This document shows, piece by piece, positions 1 to 13,339 of a stretch of DNA of 64,000 nucleotides. A model generated the notes under the pieces. That model ran no database searches and was not told the origin of the DNA. It worked only from the letters and a program-made list of their open reading frames with translations. Every line of letters starts with the position of its first letter. Positions within the stretch are counted from its first letter, which is position 1. The stretch comes from Eledone cirrhosa (taxonomy: Eukaryota). The stretch is taken from NCBI GenBank assembly GCA_964016885.1, contig OZ024757.1:26164001-26228000 (forward strand). Direction: 5' to 3'. The position numbers and the translations under genes were made by a program.

Positions 1-1050
1 ACCACCACCAGTACCACCACCACCAGTACCACCACTAGTACCACCACTACCACCACCACCAGTACCACCACTACCACCACCACTACCACCACCACCAGTA
101 TCACCACTACCACCACCACCAGTACCACCACCACCACCACCACCAGTATCACCACTACCACCACCACCAGTACCACCACTACCACCACCACCAGTACCAC
201 CACTAGTACCACCACTACCACCACCACCAGTATCACCACTACCACCACCACCAGTACCACCACCACCACCACCACCAGTATCACCACTACCACCACCACC
301 AGTACCACCATTACCACCACCACCAGTACCACCACTACCACCACCACCAGTACCACCACTACCACCACCACCAGTATCACCACTAGTACCACCACCAGTA
401 CCACCACTACCACCACCACCAGTATCACCACTACCACCACCACCAGTACCACCACTACCACCACCACCAGTACCACCACTACCACCACCACCAGTACCAC
501 CACTACCACCACCACCAGTATCACCACTACCACCACCACCAGTATCACCACTACCACCACCACCAGTATCACCACTACCACCACCACCAGTACCACCACT
601 ACCACCACCACCAGTACCACCACTAGTACCACCACTACCACCACCACCAGTACCACCACTACCACCACCACCAGTACCACCACTACCACCACCACTACCA
701 CCACCACCAGTACCACCACTACCACCACCACCAGTACCACCACTACCACCACCACTACCACCACCACCAGTACCACCACTACCACCACCACCAGTATCAC
801 CACTACCACCACCACTACCACCACTACCAGTATCACCACTACCACCACCACCAGTACCACCACTACCACCACCACCAGTATCACCACTACCACCACCACC
901 AGTACCACCACTACCACCACCACCACTACCACCACCACCAGTATCACCACTACCACCACCACCAGTACCACCACTACCACCAGTACCACCATTACCACCA
1001 CCACTACCACCACCACCAGTATCACCACTACCACCACAACACCAACAACA
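1..1050. repeat. (ACC)n-based compound tandem repeat with ACT/AGT variants
   Basis: Recurring ~21-bp units such as accactaccaccaccaccagt. Confidence 0.95.
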
Positions 1051-1164
1051 GCAGTTATGTGATAAATTTCATATTAAAGATCACCACAGATGTCTCTTTT
1101 CACAGAATGGTATTTTATGGTATTGAAGATGGATGTTGAACATAAAGTGAAACAGATGTACACT

Positions 1165-1302
1165 ATACAGATATCTATCTATCCTCATATACATCTATCT
1201 ATCCATCCATCCATCTATCTACCAACCTATCTATCTATCCATCCATCTATCTACCAACCTATCTATCTATCCATCCATCCATCTATCTACCTATCTACCA
1301 AC

Positions 1303-1350
<48 letters not shown>
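1165..1350. repeat. (ATCT/ATCC)n microsatellite
   Basis: Direct reading. Confidence 0.9.
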
Positions 1351-2201
1351 ACAAGGGCGACGACGTGCTCGGAGAGACTCTGGGCGTCGAAGACGATGAG
1401 CTCACCAGTATGTTTGGTAGGACTTTCCGCCCGGGACCTATGGACAACTTCCAGAGGTCCCTGGCCTGGCAGTGCTACCGAGGAGCTCTACCGGTTCGTG
1501 ACAAGATCTACAGGCACGGACGCCCTGGCAGGGATCCTTCCAAGAGGACGTGTCCAAGATGTGCGCAGGACATTGAAACAGTTCTGCACGCAATTGTACA
1601 CTGCCCGGGCGTAAGCGACCTGTGGAACTATGCAGAACAACTGCTGTCGCGTATGGGACAAATACAGTTGACTGCCGAATCCATAGTAAGGATCAAACCG
1701 CCAGACTCTTTCAAAAACGAAAGAGAGGCGGTTTTCCTCTGTACGGTGGCTATGGTGAAAGAAGTTATATGGTGGACGAGGTTGAGAGGACTGAGGACAG
1801 ATGCCTTTCTCTCCGGACAACAATTGATTCCATTCTTTAAGTATCACTTTAGAAGGAGAATCAGGGTGGAGAGAGAGGCACTGCACCCCAGTAAATTTAC
1901 TGAAAGGTGGGTGAATGAAGCGAAAATGGCTCGAGTGATTGGGCCTTCTCTGTTTCTAAGCCTGTAGGTTGAGGAAGAGAGCAAAAGGAAGAAAGGAGCA
2001 CTTGCACAACACGCTCCTTGAGTTGAGGGCTGTTCTATCGACGGGGTATTAAACAACCCATTTGTGGCGCCTCCCCCCTATTGGGGATTTTGATTGTTGA
2101 AATTGTTTGTTTTTATATTTTTTACACGACTGTATGTAAAATCCCCGGCATGTCTTTGTATTGTCCCCTTTCTTGTTGCGCCCTTGTGGCTAATAAAGAA
2201 A
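1351..2201 (+). mobile_element. 5'-truncated Tx1/L1-type LINE (C-terminal zinc-knuckle region plus 3' UTR) in (ATCT)n
   Basis: ORF 1365-1967 (CPRC..HAIVHC) matches the C-terminus of the 25586-29005 ORF; AATAAA then (ATCT)n. Confidence 0.9.
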
Positions 2202-2387
2202 TCTATCTATCTATCTATCCATCTATCTACCTATCAGTTTATCCATCTATCTACCAACATATTAACTTATCTATCTATCTATCTGTTTATCTGTCTGTCT
2301 GCTGTCTGCCAATATCTAGTCATCTGTCTACCTACCTAATCGTATGTCTCTCTCTGTCTGTTTGCATGTCTCTACCCCCCCCCCCCC

Positions 2388-2442
<55 letters not shown>

Positions 2443-2444
<2 letters not shown>

Positions 2445-2790
2445 CGTGCTCGGAGAAACTCTAGGCGGGACCGATAGACAACTTACAAAAGTCCCTGGCC
2501 TGGCAGTGCTACCGAGGAGCTCTACCAGTTCGAGACAAGCTCTACAGACATGTAGGTTGAGGAAAAGGAGGAAGAGAGGAAAGGGGTACAAACTCTTCGT
2601 ACTCCTGGAGATGAGGGTTGCACATTTTTTCGGGGGTATGTGTTACCCATATGAAATGTCTCCTCCTATTAGGGAAAATCGATTAACTTTTAAATTGGAT
2701 TTGTGATATTTTACACATTTTTATTGTATGTAAACTTCCCCCTTTGTATTTGTCCCCTTCTTTTGTGCCCCTGTGGCTAATAAAGAACCA
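2443..2790 (+). mobile_element. Internally deleted copy of the same Tx1-type LINE 3' end
   Basis: gacgtgctcggagaaactctaggcg and ctggcctggcagtgctaccgaggagc match 1362/1461; ends in gtggctaataaagaa. Confidence 0.8.
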
Positions 2791-2879
2791 TATCTATCTA
2801 TCTATGTCTGTCTGCTGTCTGCCAATATCTATTCATCTGTCTACCTACCTAATCATGTCTCTCTCTGTGTCTGTTTGCT

Positions 2880-2970
<91 letters not shown>

Positions 2971-3502
2971 AGCTGTCACTCTATCTATCTATCCACCAAT
3001 CTATATACATTATACAATAGATGGTAGCAATTTTTAAGTGCTAATGAAAAAGTTCCCCTCTGTGACCACATAAATACTTGTTATTTAGCTAAACTCTATA
3101 TTTTATTTGAAATATTAAACAATCTTCCAGGTTAATTGTTCCCATTTCTATTCTTCTTCAGTCTGGAAGAATCTAGAACATAAAAATGGTAAACCAATGA
3201 TTTATGCCACAATGTTAAAAATATCCATTACAAATGCTATTCAGACTCACAGAATATCAAGTACTGGGTCATGGCATCTGTCTCAAAGATTTCTGCAGTT
3301 GTATTCATCTTTTGAAAGGCATGAGATATTAGAAATAATAATAATGAATATTACTGTGTACAGTGCTCAGGTGCACTACAACTCATCAAAGGTGCATATA
3401 TAGTACAAAATGCCAGGAAATTGAACAGTGTAGGAGTCACAGAATATCAAATACTGGGTCATGGCATTTGTATTCATCTTTTGAAAGGCATGAGATATTA
3501 GA

Positions 3503-3675
3503 AATAATAATTGTTTCTACTTTTGGCACAAGGCCAGCAATTACCTAGTACGTAACTGGTACTTTATTTTATCAACCCCGTAAGGATAAAAGGCAAAGTT
3601 AACCCCAGTGGGAATTGAACTCAGATGGTAAAGGGCCGTAACTCTATGTTGCAAAGCATGGCGTCCGACCCTCTA
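3503..3675 (-). mobile_element. tRNA-derived SINE, family 1 (head truncated)
   Basis: Matches the family body gcctttcatccttacggggtcgataaaataaagtaccag..tagaaacaattatt. Confidence 0.8.
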
Positions 3676-3760
3676 CTATTAGAAATAATAATAATGAAAA
3701 TTACTGTGTACAGTGCTCAGGTGCACTACAACTCATGAAATGTGCATGTATAGTACATAG

Positions 3761-3952
3761 AATAATTGTTTCTACTTTTGGCACAAGGCCAGCAATTACC
3801 CAGTACATTACTGGTACTTTATTTTATCGACCCCGTAAGGATGAAAGGCAAAGTCAACCTCGGCGGGATTTGAACTCAGATTGTAAAGGGACGTAACTAT
3901 GCTGGAAAGCATGGCGTCCGACTCTCTACCGATACTGCCAATCCACTGCCCT
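3761..3952 (-). mobile_element. tRNA-derived SINE, family 1, full length with TSD
   Basis: Box A-like tggcagtatcgg, box B-like gagttcaaatccc; flanking duplication tatagtacatagaataat (3749/3953). Confidence 0.9.
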
Positions 3953-4402
3953 TATAGTACATAGAATAATATACAAATGTTAGGAAAGTGAACAGTGTAT
4001 GAGTCATGATATAATGAAAATTATTGTGTACAGTGCTCAGGTGCACTACAACTCATCAAAGGTGCATGTATAGTACATAGAATAATATACAAATGTTAGG
4101 AAAGTGAACAGTGTATGAGTCATGATATACACACAGACATATACGAGAGTGTAAATGGAGGGGGAATATCAGATGTAGTGTTGGCGAATTTCGGGAAGCA
4201 TGGAAGTTTTGATGGATGCAGTGTCATGACAGCTAACAACTGGGGTCTCGGGATACGCAATCTTTGTGCATCCATCCCAAGCCCCCCAGGACAGGTCACA
4301 GGCCCATTGCCAGTTTTTATGGCATGAAATGGAGACTGCAATACATATTTTGAACAGCCCCCTCTACCTAAGGCATGGTAAATGATGGTTAAAATACTTT
4401 AA

Positions 4403-4616
4403 CCCTTTAGCATTTACATTACTCTATATATATTATTATATTTTCACAGTAAAAGCTTTACCTCATATATATATATCTCAGATGATATCAAATCTATGAG
4501 ATTTTGATATTATTTATTTTGAGAACAATACCTTAACGTCAGTATGAGCAGCCGGTTATGGCCAGTTTGAACAGAGAGAATTCTGGCCGGATAAGGCCGG
4601 TTTAAATGCTAAAGGG
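4403..4616. mobile_element. piggyBac-type MITE
   Basis: TIR ccctttagcattta/taaatgctaaaggg with TTAA on both sides; further copies in the window. Confidence 0.85.
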
Positions 4617-4704
4617 TTAAAATACTTTAAACACACATAAAATGTTTAAAATGTTTAAAAATTTCCTTAGAATAAACTCTGCAGTGCCCAAATCTTTTGC
4701 AAGG

Positions 4705-6020
4705 TATGAGATGATGATGGTGTTGTTGGTGATGGTAGTGACGTTGGTAGTGGTGGTGATGATGGTGCTGTTCGTGTTGGTAATGGTAGTGGTGATGGTG
4801 ATGTTGTTGGTGTTGGTAGTGGTGGTGCAGGTGTTGGTAGAAGTGGTGATGTTGTTGTTGGTGTTGGTAGCGGTATTGGTGGCGTTGATGGTGAAGGTGA
4901 TGTTGTTGTTGGTGTTGGTGGTGGTAGTGGTGTTGGTGATGGTAGTGGTGTTGGTGTTGGTAGTGGTAGTGGTGTTGGTGATGTTGATAGTGATGGTGGT
5001 GTTGTTGTTGTTGGTAGCAGCAGTGGTGGTGATGATCTTGCTAATGGTAGTGGTAGAGATGATGGTGGTAGTGTTGGTAGCAGTGGTAGTAGTGGTGGTG
5101 TTGATGTTGCTGTTGGTAGTGGTAGAGATGATGGTGGTGGTGTTGGTAGTGGTAGAGATGATGGTGGTGGTGTTGGTAGCGGTAGAGATGATGGTGGTGG
5201 TGTTGGTAGTGGTAGAGATGATGGTGGTAGTGTTGGTAGCAGTGGTAGTAGTGGTGGTGATGATGTTGCTGTTGGTAGTGGTAGAGATGATGGTGGTGGT
5301 GTTGGTAGCAGTGGTAGTAGTGGCGGTGATGGTGGTGGTGTTGGTAGTGGTAGAGATGATGGTGATGGTGTTGGTAGCAGTGGTAGTAGTGGTGATGTTG
5401 GTAGCGGTGGTAGTAGTGGTAGAGATGATGGTGGTGGTGTTGGCAGTGGTAGAGATGATGGTGGTGGTGTTGGTAGCGGTGGTAGTAGTGGTGGTGTTGG
5501 TAGTGGTAGAGATGATGGTGGTGGTGTTGGTAGCGGTGGTAGTAGTGGTGGTGTTGGTAGTGGTAGAGATGATGGTGGTGGTGTTGGTAGTGGTAGAGAT
5601 GATGGTGGTGGTGTTGGTAGCGGTGGTAGTAGTGGTGGTGATGGTGGTGGTGTTGGTAGTGGTAGAGATGATGGTGGTGGTGTTGGTAGTGGTAGAGATG
5701 ATGGTGGTGGTGTTGGTAGTGGTAGAGATGATGGTGGTGGTGTTGGTAGCGGTGGTAGTAGTGGTGGTGATGGTGGTGGTGTTGGTAGTGGTAGAGATGA
5801 TGGTGGTGGTGTTGGGAGAAGTGGTAGTAGTGGTGGTGTTGGTAGTGGTAGAGATGATGGTGGTGGTGTTGGTAGCGGTGGTAGTAGTGGTGGTGTTGGT
5901 AGTGGTAGAGATGATGGTGGTGGTGTTGGTAGTGGTAGAGATGATGGTGGTGGTGTTGGTAGTGGTAGAGATGATGGTGGTGGTGTTGGTAGCAGTGGTA
6001 GTAGTGGTGGTGTTGGTGTT
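4705..6020. repeat. (GGT)n-based minisatellite, ~30-bp unit ggtagtggtagagatgatggtggtggtgtt
   Basis: Direct reading; explains the low-complexity ORFs in several frames. Confidence 0.95.
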
Positions 6021-6287
6021 TTGTGGGAATGACAGAACACAAGGAAATGTGTTCAGCAAAGAGGAATAATGTTGTACAATAGATGAATAGATGGCTTTAT
6101 CTGGATCTCAGTGCATTGTGGGATAGTGCAGGAGGGTGGTTGGAAGGGGGGGGGTAAGGAAGTGGGTGGGAGAGGGGGTAGTAGAGGAAGGAAAAGAAGG
6201 AAAGGGAGAAGGTTAAAGGAAGAGAGAGAGGGAAGGACAGAGGGGAGTAGGGTCGAAATGAAAAAGGAGAGTGAAATATGTGTATAT

Positions 6288-6480
6288 ATAGGAACAAGTA
6301 TGACCCCGACGGCAGAGCTCAAGCCGTTTCGACGACTATTTCTAGTCCAGAAATAGTCGTCGAAACGGCTTGAGCTCTGTCGTCAGGGTCATACTTGTTC
6401 CTATTACCCACTCTACCACCCTAAGTAGTGAGTACTTTGGTGCGTTATGGTCCATCTGCTTCCTTACCACAATTCCTTCG

Positions 6481-6482
<2 letters not shown>
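6288..6482 (+). mobile_element. Fold-back element family A: 56-bp arms, hammerhead 3' half, unique tail
   Basis: IR 6288-6343/6349-6404; GAAA-CGGC..GTCG-TC stem III and cleavage triplet; tail ttacccactct..gagtac; (TA)n flank. Confidence 0.8.
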
Positions 6483-6532
<50 letters not shown>

Positions 6533-6644
6533 CTCACACGTACACACACAATACACACACACACACACACATAAATATATACAAGCATGGAAAAGCGGAT
6601 GTAAAATAGCGTACCAAAATGTTGGTACCCTTGAAATATATATA

Positions 6645-6850
6645 TTTGTTTCTACTTTTGGCACAAGGCCACCAATTATCCCAGTGTATTACTGGTACTT
6701 TATTTTATCGACCCTGTAAGGATGAAAGGCAAAGTGAAACTCGGCGGGATTTGAACTCTGACCATAAAGGGCCGTAACTCTTTGCTGCTAAGAATCGAAC
6801 TCACGGCCTTATGGTCATGAGACGAACACCCTAGACACTAAGCTACACGC
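6645..6850 (-). mobile_element. SINE family 1 fused to the head of a second tRNA SINE
   Basis: Family 1 body followed by gaatcgaactcacggcc..cactaagctacacgc. Confidence 0.7.
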
Positions 6851-6866
6851 ATTCTCTCATTACTTA

Positions 6867-6906
<40 letters not shown>

Positions 6907-6979
6907 CTAGGTTCCTTGATGAATACTGGACAATTAGAAGAATTTATTTTACTAAAAACTACTGCCAGGCAACTGTGGC

Positions 6980-7900
6980 AGTACAACAACGACAGCAACA
7001 ACAAACACAACACTAACAACAATCACAACACTAACAACAACAACCACATCACTAACAACAACCACATCACTAACAACAACCACATCACTAACAACAACCA
7101 CAACACTAACAACAACCACATCACTAACAACAACCACAACACTAACAACAATCCCATCACTAACAACAATCTCATCACTAACAACAACCACATCACTAAC
7201 AACAATCTCATCACTAACAACAAATCCCATCACTAACAACATCCACACCACCACCAACAACAACATCCCCACCACCACCACCAACAACATCCCCACCACC
7301 AACAACACCATCCCCAACAACAACAACATCCCCACCACCACCACCAACAACATCCCCACCATCACCAACAACAACAGCCCCACCACCACCACCACCAACA
7401 ACAACAACATCCCCACCACCACCAACAACATCCCCACCACTACCACCAACAACATCCCCACCACCACCACCACCACCACCAACAACATCCCCACCATCAC
7501 CACCAACAACATCCCCACCACCACCAACAACAACATCCCCACCACCACCACCAACAACAACATCCCCACCACCACCACCACCAACAACAACATCCCCACC
7601 ACCACCACCACCAACAACATCCCCACCACCACCACCAACAACATCCTCACCATCACCAACAACAACAACATCCCCACCACCACCACCACCACCACCAACA
7701 ACATCCCCACCATCACCAACAACAACAACATCCCCACCACCATCACCACCAACAACAAACATCCCCACCACCACCACCAACAACATCCCCACCACTACCA
7801 CCAACAACAAAATCCCCACCACCACTACCACCACCAACATCCCCACCATCACCAACAACAACAACATCCCCCCACCACCACCAACAGCAACAACAAGTAC
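6980..7900. repeat. (AAC)/(ACC) compound minisatellite
   Basis: Direct reading. Confidence 0.95.
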
Positions 7901-8055
7901 AACATAAAAAAAAATGTGGAAAATGGGAATATTTCAAAGAGAGTGTAATGAGAAATACTGCTGGAACGTTAACTAACTGTATTGTTCACAGTTGACGTAT
8001 GGTGTCTTTTTGAGGTCATATATATATATATATATATAATATATAAATGAAAGGT

Positions 8056-8153
<98 letters not shown>

Positions 8154-8172
8154 ATATATATATGTATATATG

Positions 8173-8244
<72 letters not shown>

Positions 8245-8492
8245 ATATCTAATTATTTATCTTTGTCTATCTGTCTGTCTGTCACAGAATTGCAGGATTT
8301 CGGCTACTAGCTACTTTTTTGGCCAACTTTGAATTACTTTTTGGGTGTGTGGGGTCAACAATCTGCTACTTTTCGATTTTATTTAAATAAAATTCCTAGA
8401 CAAATTAAAACTGAATTGAAAAATAGTTGGCTGCTATTTCTAACATGTTAAGCAACCACATAGAGGCTCCTTGCTATAATTAACCATAATAA

Positions 8493-8675
8493 TAATAATT
8501 GTTTCTACTTTTGGTCCAAGGCCAGCAATTATTCCAGTGCATTACTGGTACTTTATTTTATCGACCCCGTAAGGATGAAAGGCAAAGTTAACCTTGGCTG
8601 GATTTGAACTCAGACCGCAAAGGGACGTAACTCTATGCTACAAAGCATTGCATCCGACACTCTACCGATCTGCCA
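8493..8675 (-). mobile_element. tRNA-derived SINE, family 1
   Basis: Near-identical to the 3761 copy. Confidence 0.85.
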
Positions 8676-8680
8676 ATAAT

Positions 8681-9320
8681 GGTTTCTTTATTGACCATAA
8701 GGGTTGACACAAAGTATAACATTAAGGACAACACAGGACAATACAAATGGGCATTTCTGCGTGTAAGAAAAAACAAAAACAGTGTGACAAAAGGAAACAA
8801 TGAAAAATTCCCTATCAGGGGGAGACATCCGAGGGTTGTTCGTGGAGAAAGCCCACAAGAAAAGCCACGGTTACCCTGACCGCTAGGGAAAATGCCCTCT
8901 TCCAGTTTTCCGCCTACAATGCTACAGGCACACGCTCAGGGTAGACCCATTCACACGGGCCATTCTTGCCTCTCTCACCCACCTTTCAACAAACTGGCTG
9001 GAAGTCAGCACTTCGCTCTCCACCCTGATTTTCCTCTTCAGGTGAAACCTGAAAAAGTCAATGAGGGCGTCACCGAAGAAGAAAGTACCCGTCTTCAACC
9101 CTTTCAGACGTGTCCATCATACAATCTCTTTTACCATGGCCACTAGGCAGATAAAAACTGCCTGCCCTTCTCGGTTAAAGGAAGGAGGCGGGGCAATCTT
9201 CACGATGGACTCAGCTGATAGCCGGATCCGTTCTACACGTGACAGCAGGTGTTCGGCATAAACCCACAAGTCAGCAATGCTCGGACACTGGACGAGTGCG
9301 TGCAGGACGGTTTCATCGGA
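8681..9320 (-). mobile_element. 5'-truncated Tx1-type LINE 3' end
   Basis: Reverse complement aligns to ~28610-29268 (DETVLHALVQC..); aataat on both flanks. Confidence 0.85.
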
Positions 9321-10035
9321 ATAATAATACAGATGGCAACCCGCAGTAGTGAGTTGGAATGGCTATTCCTACGTTTCTCCTTCGTCATCCTTGTTATCAG
9401 TAAATTGCAATTTTTTTTTCACCTTTGAGACATGACGGATTAAAATGACTGGACTGAAGCAGCCAGCTGTCCTGCAATATTTAAGAGGCTCTAAAATTAA
9501 TATTAATTTTTGCTACCATAAATGATAATACGTAAAGGTCCTCGATAATATTTCTTGCCATGGTTTCCCATGCAGGCTTGGTCCGTCCTTACTTGTGAAG
9601 ATGTTTGACTGTTCCAGCACATCAGTCTCGTTATCATAAGCATGTTGCCTGCAAATTATTTCGAGGGCAACACCAACATTCCTTGGTGTGGTGTTTAACT
9701 GGGGGATGTGCATGTTTTCTCTTTATTTATTTATTTATTTATTTGGCTAATTATTCAGACCTGCAAACTGTTCCCGTCCGACGAGATCTCCCACCCATTT
9801 TGGGATGGGTGAGAGATGTCTTCTCTTCTGAAAATGGGTATAGCTTTTATTATGTAAAATCTCCCCATTTTGCCTTATTTTTCCTTGTTTTAGAGCACTT
9901 TCTTTTTTCATGCTACTCCCCGTTTGGGTTTTTTTGAGGTTCGTAGCTCTTGATAATTATTATTATTTAATGGAAATATAAAAAAAATATATATACTGAG
10001 ATTGAAGCGAAAACCAAACCAAACAACGGATGTGT

Positions 10036-10182
10036 TTTACTATTTTTTGGCAATATTAGGTCAACACGACTCTCTCCAAATATAACAATATTATTTTTAT
10101 TGTTTACTAAGTAAGCAATAAAAATAATATTGTTATATTTGGAGAGGGTCATGTTGACCTAATATTGCCAAAAAATAGTAAA
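10036..10182. repeat. Long palindrome with ~72-bp arms
   Basis: tttactattttttggcaatattaggtcaaca..tgttgacctaatattgccaaaaaatagtaaa. Confidence 0.85.
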
Positions 10183-10254
10183 TTTTTGTAATAAATATTT
10201 TGTAATAAAGAAATCATTATTATTGAATAAAGAAATCATTACTTACTTATTTTT

Positions 10255-10446
10255 GTGGATTGGCAGTATCGGTAGAGGGTCGAACGCCATGCTTTGCATT
10301 GCAGCAAAGAGTTACGGCCCTTTATGCTCTGAGTTCAAATCCCGCCAAAATTAACTTTGCCTTTCATCTTTACGGGGTCGATAAAATAAAGTACCAGTAA
10401 TGTACCGAGTAATTGCTGGCCTTGTGTCAAAATTAGAAACAATTAT
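10255..10446 (+). mobile_element. tRNA-derived SINE, family 1
   Basis: gtggattggcagtatcggtagag..gagttcaaatccc..tagaaacaattatt. Confidence 0.9.
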
Positions 10447-11397
10447 TTATTTATTTTTGTAAATTATATTATTTATAGAAATTGTGTTTAACAATACAGA
10501 AGTATTGTTTTTAAAAATAAATAGCTCAACCATAAAACGGATGTCAAGATAATAATTAACTTCCGCTGGGTGATTAAGTAATTAATTTTAAAATATATAT
10601 TTTAAACAATACATCTGTATTAATAAACGCAATTTCTATAATGAATATAAAGTACAATAAAAATGATTAAAAAAAAAAAGGTAAAATTATTGTGTTTTTC
10701 TGAGGCGTTTGGATAGGGTGCGGGGCTCTGTGGTGAAGGGTTCGCTCCAGGGAGGACGGATCGCTGGTCAGATATTCCGCCAACTGACAGTTAAAGCCAA
10801 CTGACAGGAGACCCACCCAAAGGCAAACCACGATCAAAATTGTTGGATAACATTCATAAGACGGTTTCTTCTGATAAGAACCCTCTGGAAAACGAATCTA
10901 AGAACTCTGATCCCACGACCCTTTAGGGAATAATTTGGTCAAGAAGACCTGGCGAAAGTCTTTAGACAACATGGTTGTCACATCTCCTTTCACCTGAATC
11001 GACCAAAGTCTGAAAAGGCTAAGTATTAAAAAATATATATATTTTGGATTATTCCAGATCTCTATCCATTTATATAATGAGCAAAAAATGTATCCATTTT
11101 ATAATGAGCAAAAAAAAAACAAGGATAAAAATAAAGGTTTCAAAAATCAGAGCAAACTGATCCACAAATTAAAATACGAAAGAATCATATAGTATTATAT
11201 AATGTTGATCTACGAAATCATAAAACCGATTCAACAAAGAATTCTTCAGTTAAACATAAGAAAAATATTGCAGAAATAAACTCAAATTCGTAACAAAGTA
11301 TTAAAGCATTTTATTTTTTTTCTCCTAGTAGCAAAATACGAAAATAAAAACTGCTTTACTATTACAGCAGACGGAATTTCAAACCTTTGTCGTGTAA

Positions 11398-12483
11398 ATA
11401 ATTGTTTTTACTTTTGGCACAAGGCCAGCAAATACCCAGTACATTACTGGTACTTAAATAATGGTTTCTGATCTAAGGCTCAATATGTTATTGTTTGGAA
11501 GAGGAGTCTCCTTCCATAAGACACCCTTTTGGGGAAGGGTAAAGACGATTAAATCGACTCCAGTACTTTATTTTATCGCCTTCGCAAGGATGAAAAGCAA
11601 AGTTAACATCAGCGGATTTGAACTCAGAACCTAAAGGGCCATAACTCCATGCTGCAAAGCATGGTGTCTGACGCTCTACTGATAATAATAATTGTTTCTA
11701 CTTTAGGTACAAGGCTAACCATTTTAGGGAAGAGTTAGGTCGATTAAATCGACCCCAATGTGTTACTGGTACTTTATTTTATCAACCCCCGCTCGCACGG
11801 ATGAAAGGTTTGACGTGTTAATAATGATTTAATGTAAACGTTAATGAAATTATATAATCAAAACATAACACTGCCTCCATTGAACACATTTCTATGTTGC
11901 TGAAGAATTTCCTTGAAATTGACAATCTGTGAAGAAAAGTATAACTGGTGCGATGGGAATCTTCTTACATGGAAAAATTAATTATTATTATTACATCCAT
12001 CTCCCTTTAGAGGTGAAATTTATGTTTTTCTTATGAGTTTTTAAAAATGTGTTTTGAACGAATATGACCTTCAAAATCTTCGTAAATTATTCATTTTTTG
12101 TGGCTCTCCCACCCAAGAACTCCATGACACCTATGTTCGAAACCAGTATAATAATAATTGTTTCTACTATTGGCACAAGGCCAGCAATAACCCATTTACA
12201 TTACTGGTACTTTATTTTATCGACCCCGTAAAGATGAAAGACAAAACTAACCTCAGCAGGATTTGAACTCAAGAGTATAATAATGGTTTTTTATATAGGC
12301 ACAAAGCTAGCAATTTTGGGCGAGGAGAAAGTCGATTAAATCGACCCAGTGCGTGACTGGTACTTTATTCTATTGACCCCGTAAGGATGAAAGGCAAAGT
12401 TAACCTCGGAGGATTTGAACTCAGAACCTAAAGGGCCATAACTCTATGCTACAAAGCATGTGACTGACGTTCTACCGATACTG
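11398..12483 (-). mobile_element. Cluster of family 1 SINE copies and fragments
   Basis: Copies at ~11398, 11460-11680, 11685-11810, 12150-12270, 12280-12483; some carry an extra gtcgattaaatcgac hairpin. Confidence 0.75.
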
Positions 12484-12544
12484 AATAATAATAATGATAA
12501 AAGATTACCAAACATTTATGAGACATGGTTGAGTGAATTTGTAA

Positions 12545-12814
12545 ATCTAATTTGGGAACCGTGCATGGATTCCCAGATTTCTCACAATACCCATGGACTG
12601 TTTATGATGTGTGCAAGTTACCAGTGCCACGATTGAAAGGATATTTTCAAGAGCAACCATCACTAAAACTAAACAAAGAAATAAGATAGGATTGGATCTA
12701 CTTATATCAATTTTGAAGACACAAAAAATGAAACTTCGAAAGCGAAACATTTGTCGTTCTGATGTTGCTGCCATGTTGACAATCGAAAATCTAGAAGAAT
12801 GTGAAAATGCCTGA
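12545..12814 (+). pseudogene. hAT transposase C-terminal dimerisation-domain remnant
   Basis: TSATIERIFSRATITKTKQRNKIGLDLLISIL resembles the hATC motif S-x-x-ERxFS..KTKxRNRL. Confidence 0.65.
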
Positions 12815-13339
12815 AAATGTTTATCTTTAAAGGTAAGAATCTTATCGAATATATTAAATTATCAATAAGTAAATTAGAACTGACATACAGGCAATCGTTA
12901 TATATATATATATATTATTCCACTTGTGTACATATTCTTTTATAGAATATGTATTTGGTATATATACAACATACTGTGTTTCTTATACGATATATGACTC
13001 TTTCTCTCTATATATACATATATCTTTTTTATTTGGTTTATATATATATAACGATTGGGTGTATAAGTATATATATATATACACCCACAAAAATGTGTAC
13101 ACACTTTGATTACCTGTAGAGGCAATATTTATTAGAATGCTGTTGAAGTGTGTATACCTTTTTTTGCGTCCGAGTTTTTATCACTTTCTATGAATTTCAT
13201 AACACATCATCACTTCGAAAATTCGACGCTTTACAATAACAATAATAATTTGGGGTCCTATTAATATTGTGGGCCGTTGAATTTAATCCATCTGGTCCTC
13301 TCCCTTCAATCCATCTCTGAATTTAATAAAGAATTGATC

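Larger units (their letters stand above)
3340..4260 (-). mobile_element. Locally repeated 3' ends of a CR1-like LINE, interrupted by SINEs
   Basis: ttactgtgtacagtgctcaggtgcactacaactc recurs at ~3351, 3701, 4021; minus strand reads ..PVVSCHDTASIKTSMLPEIRQHY. Confidence 0.55.

Noticed and set aside
3761-3946. SINE heads as tRNA genes
   Set aside because: Box A/B-like motifs run into SINE bodies; no complete cloverleaf.
4617-6069. Mucin-like Thr-rich, Val-rich, Pro-rich and His-rich ORFs
   Set aside because: All are frames of one GGT minisatellite, with no unique domain or supported splice structure.
10473-10641. Imperfect AT-rich inverted repeat
   Set aside because: Probably an old fold-back element, but no tail or ribozyme is recognisable and AT bias inflates pairing.
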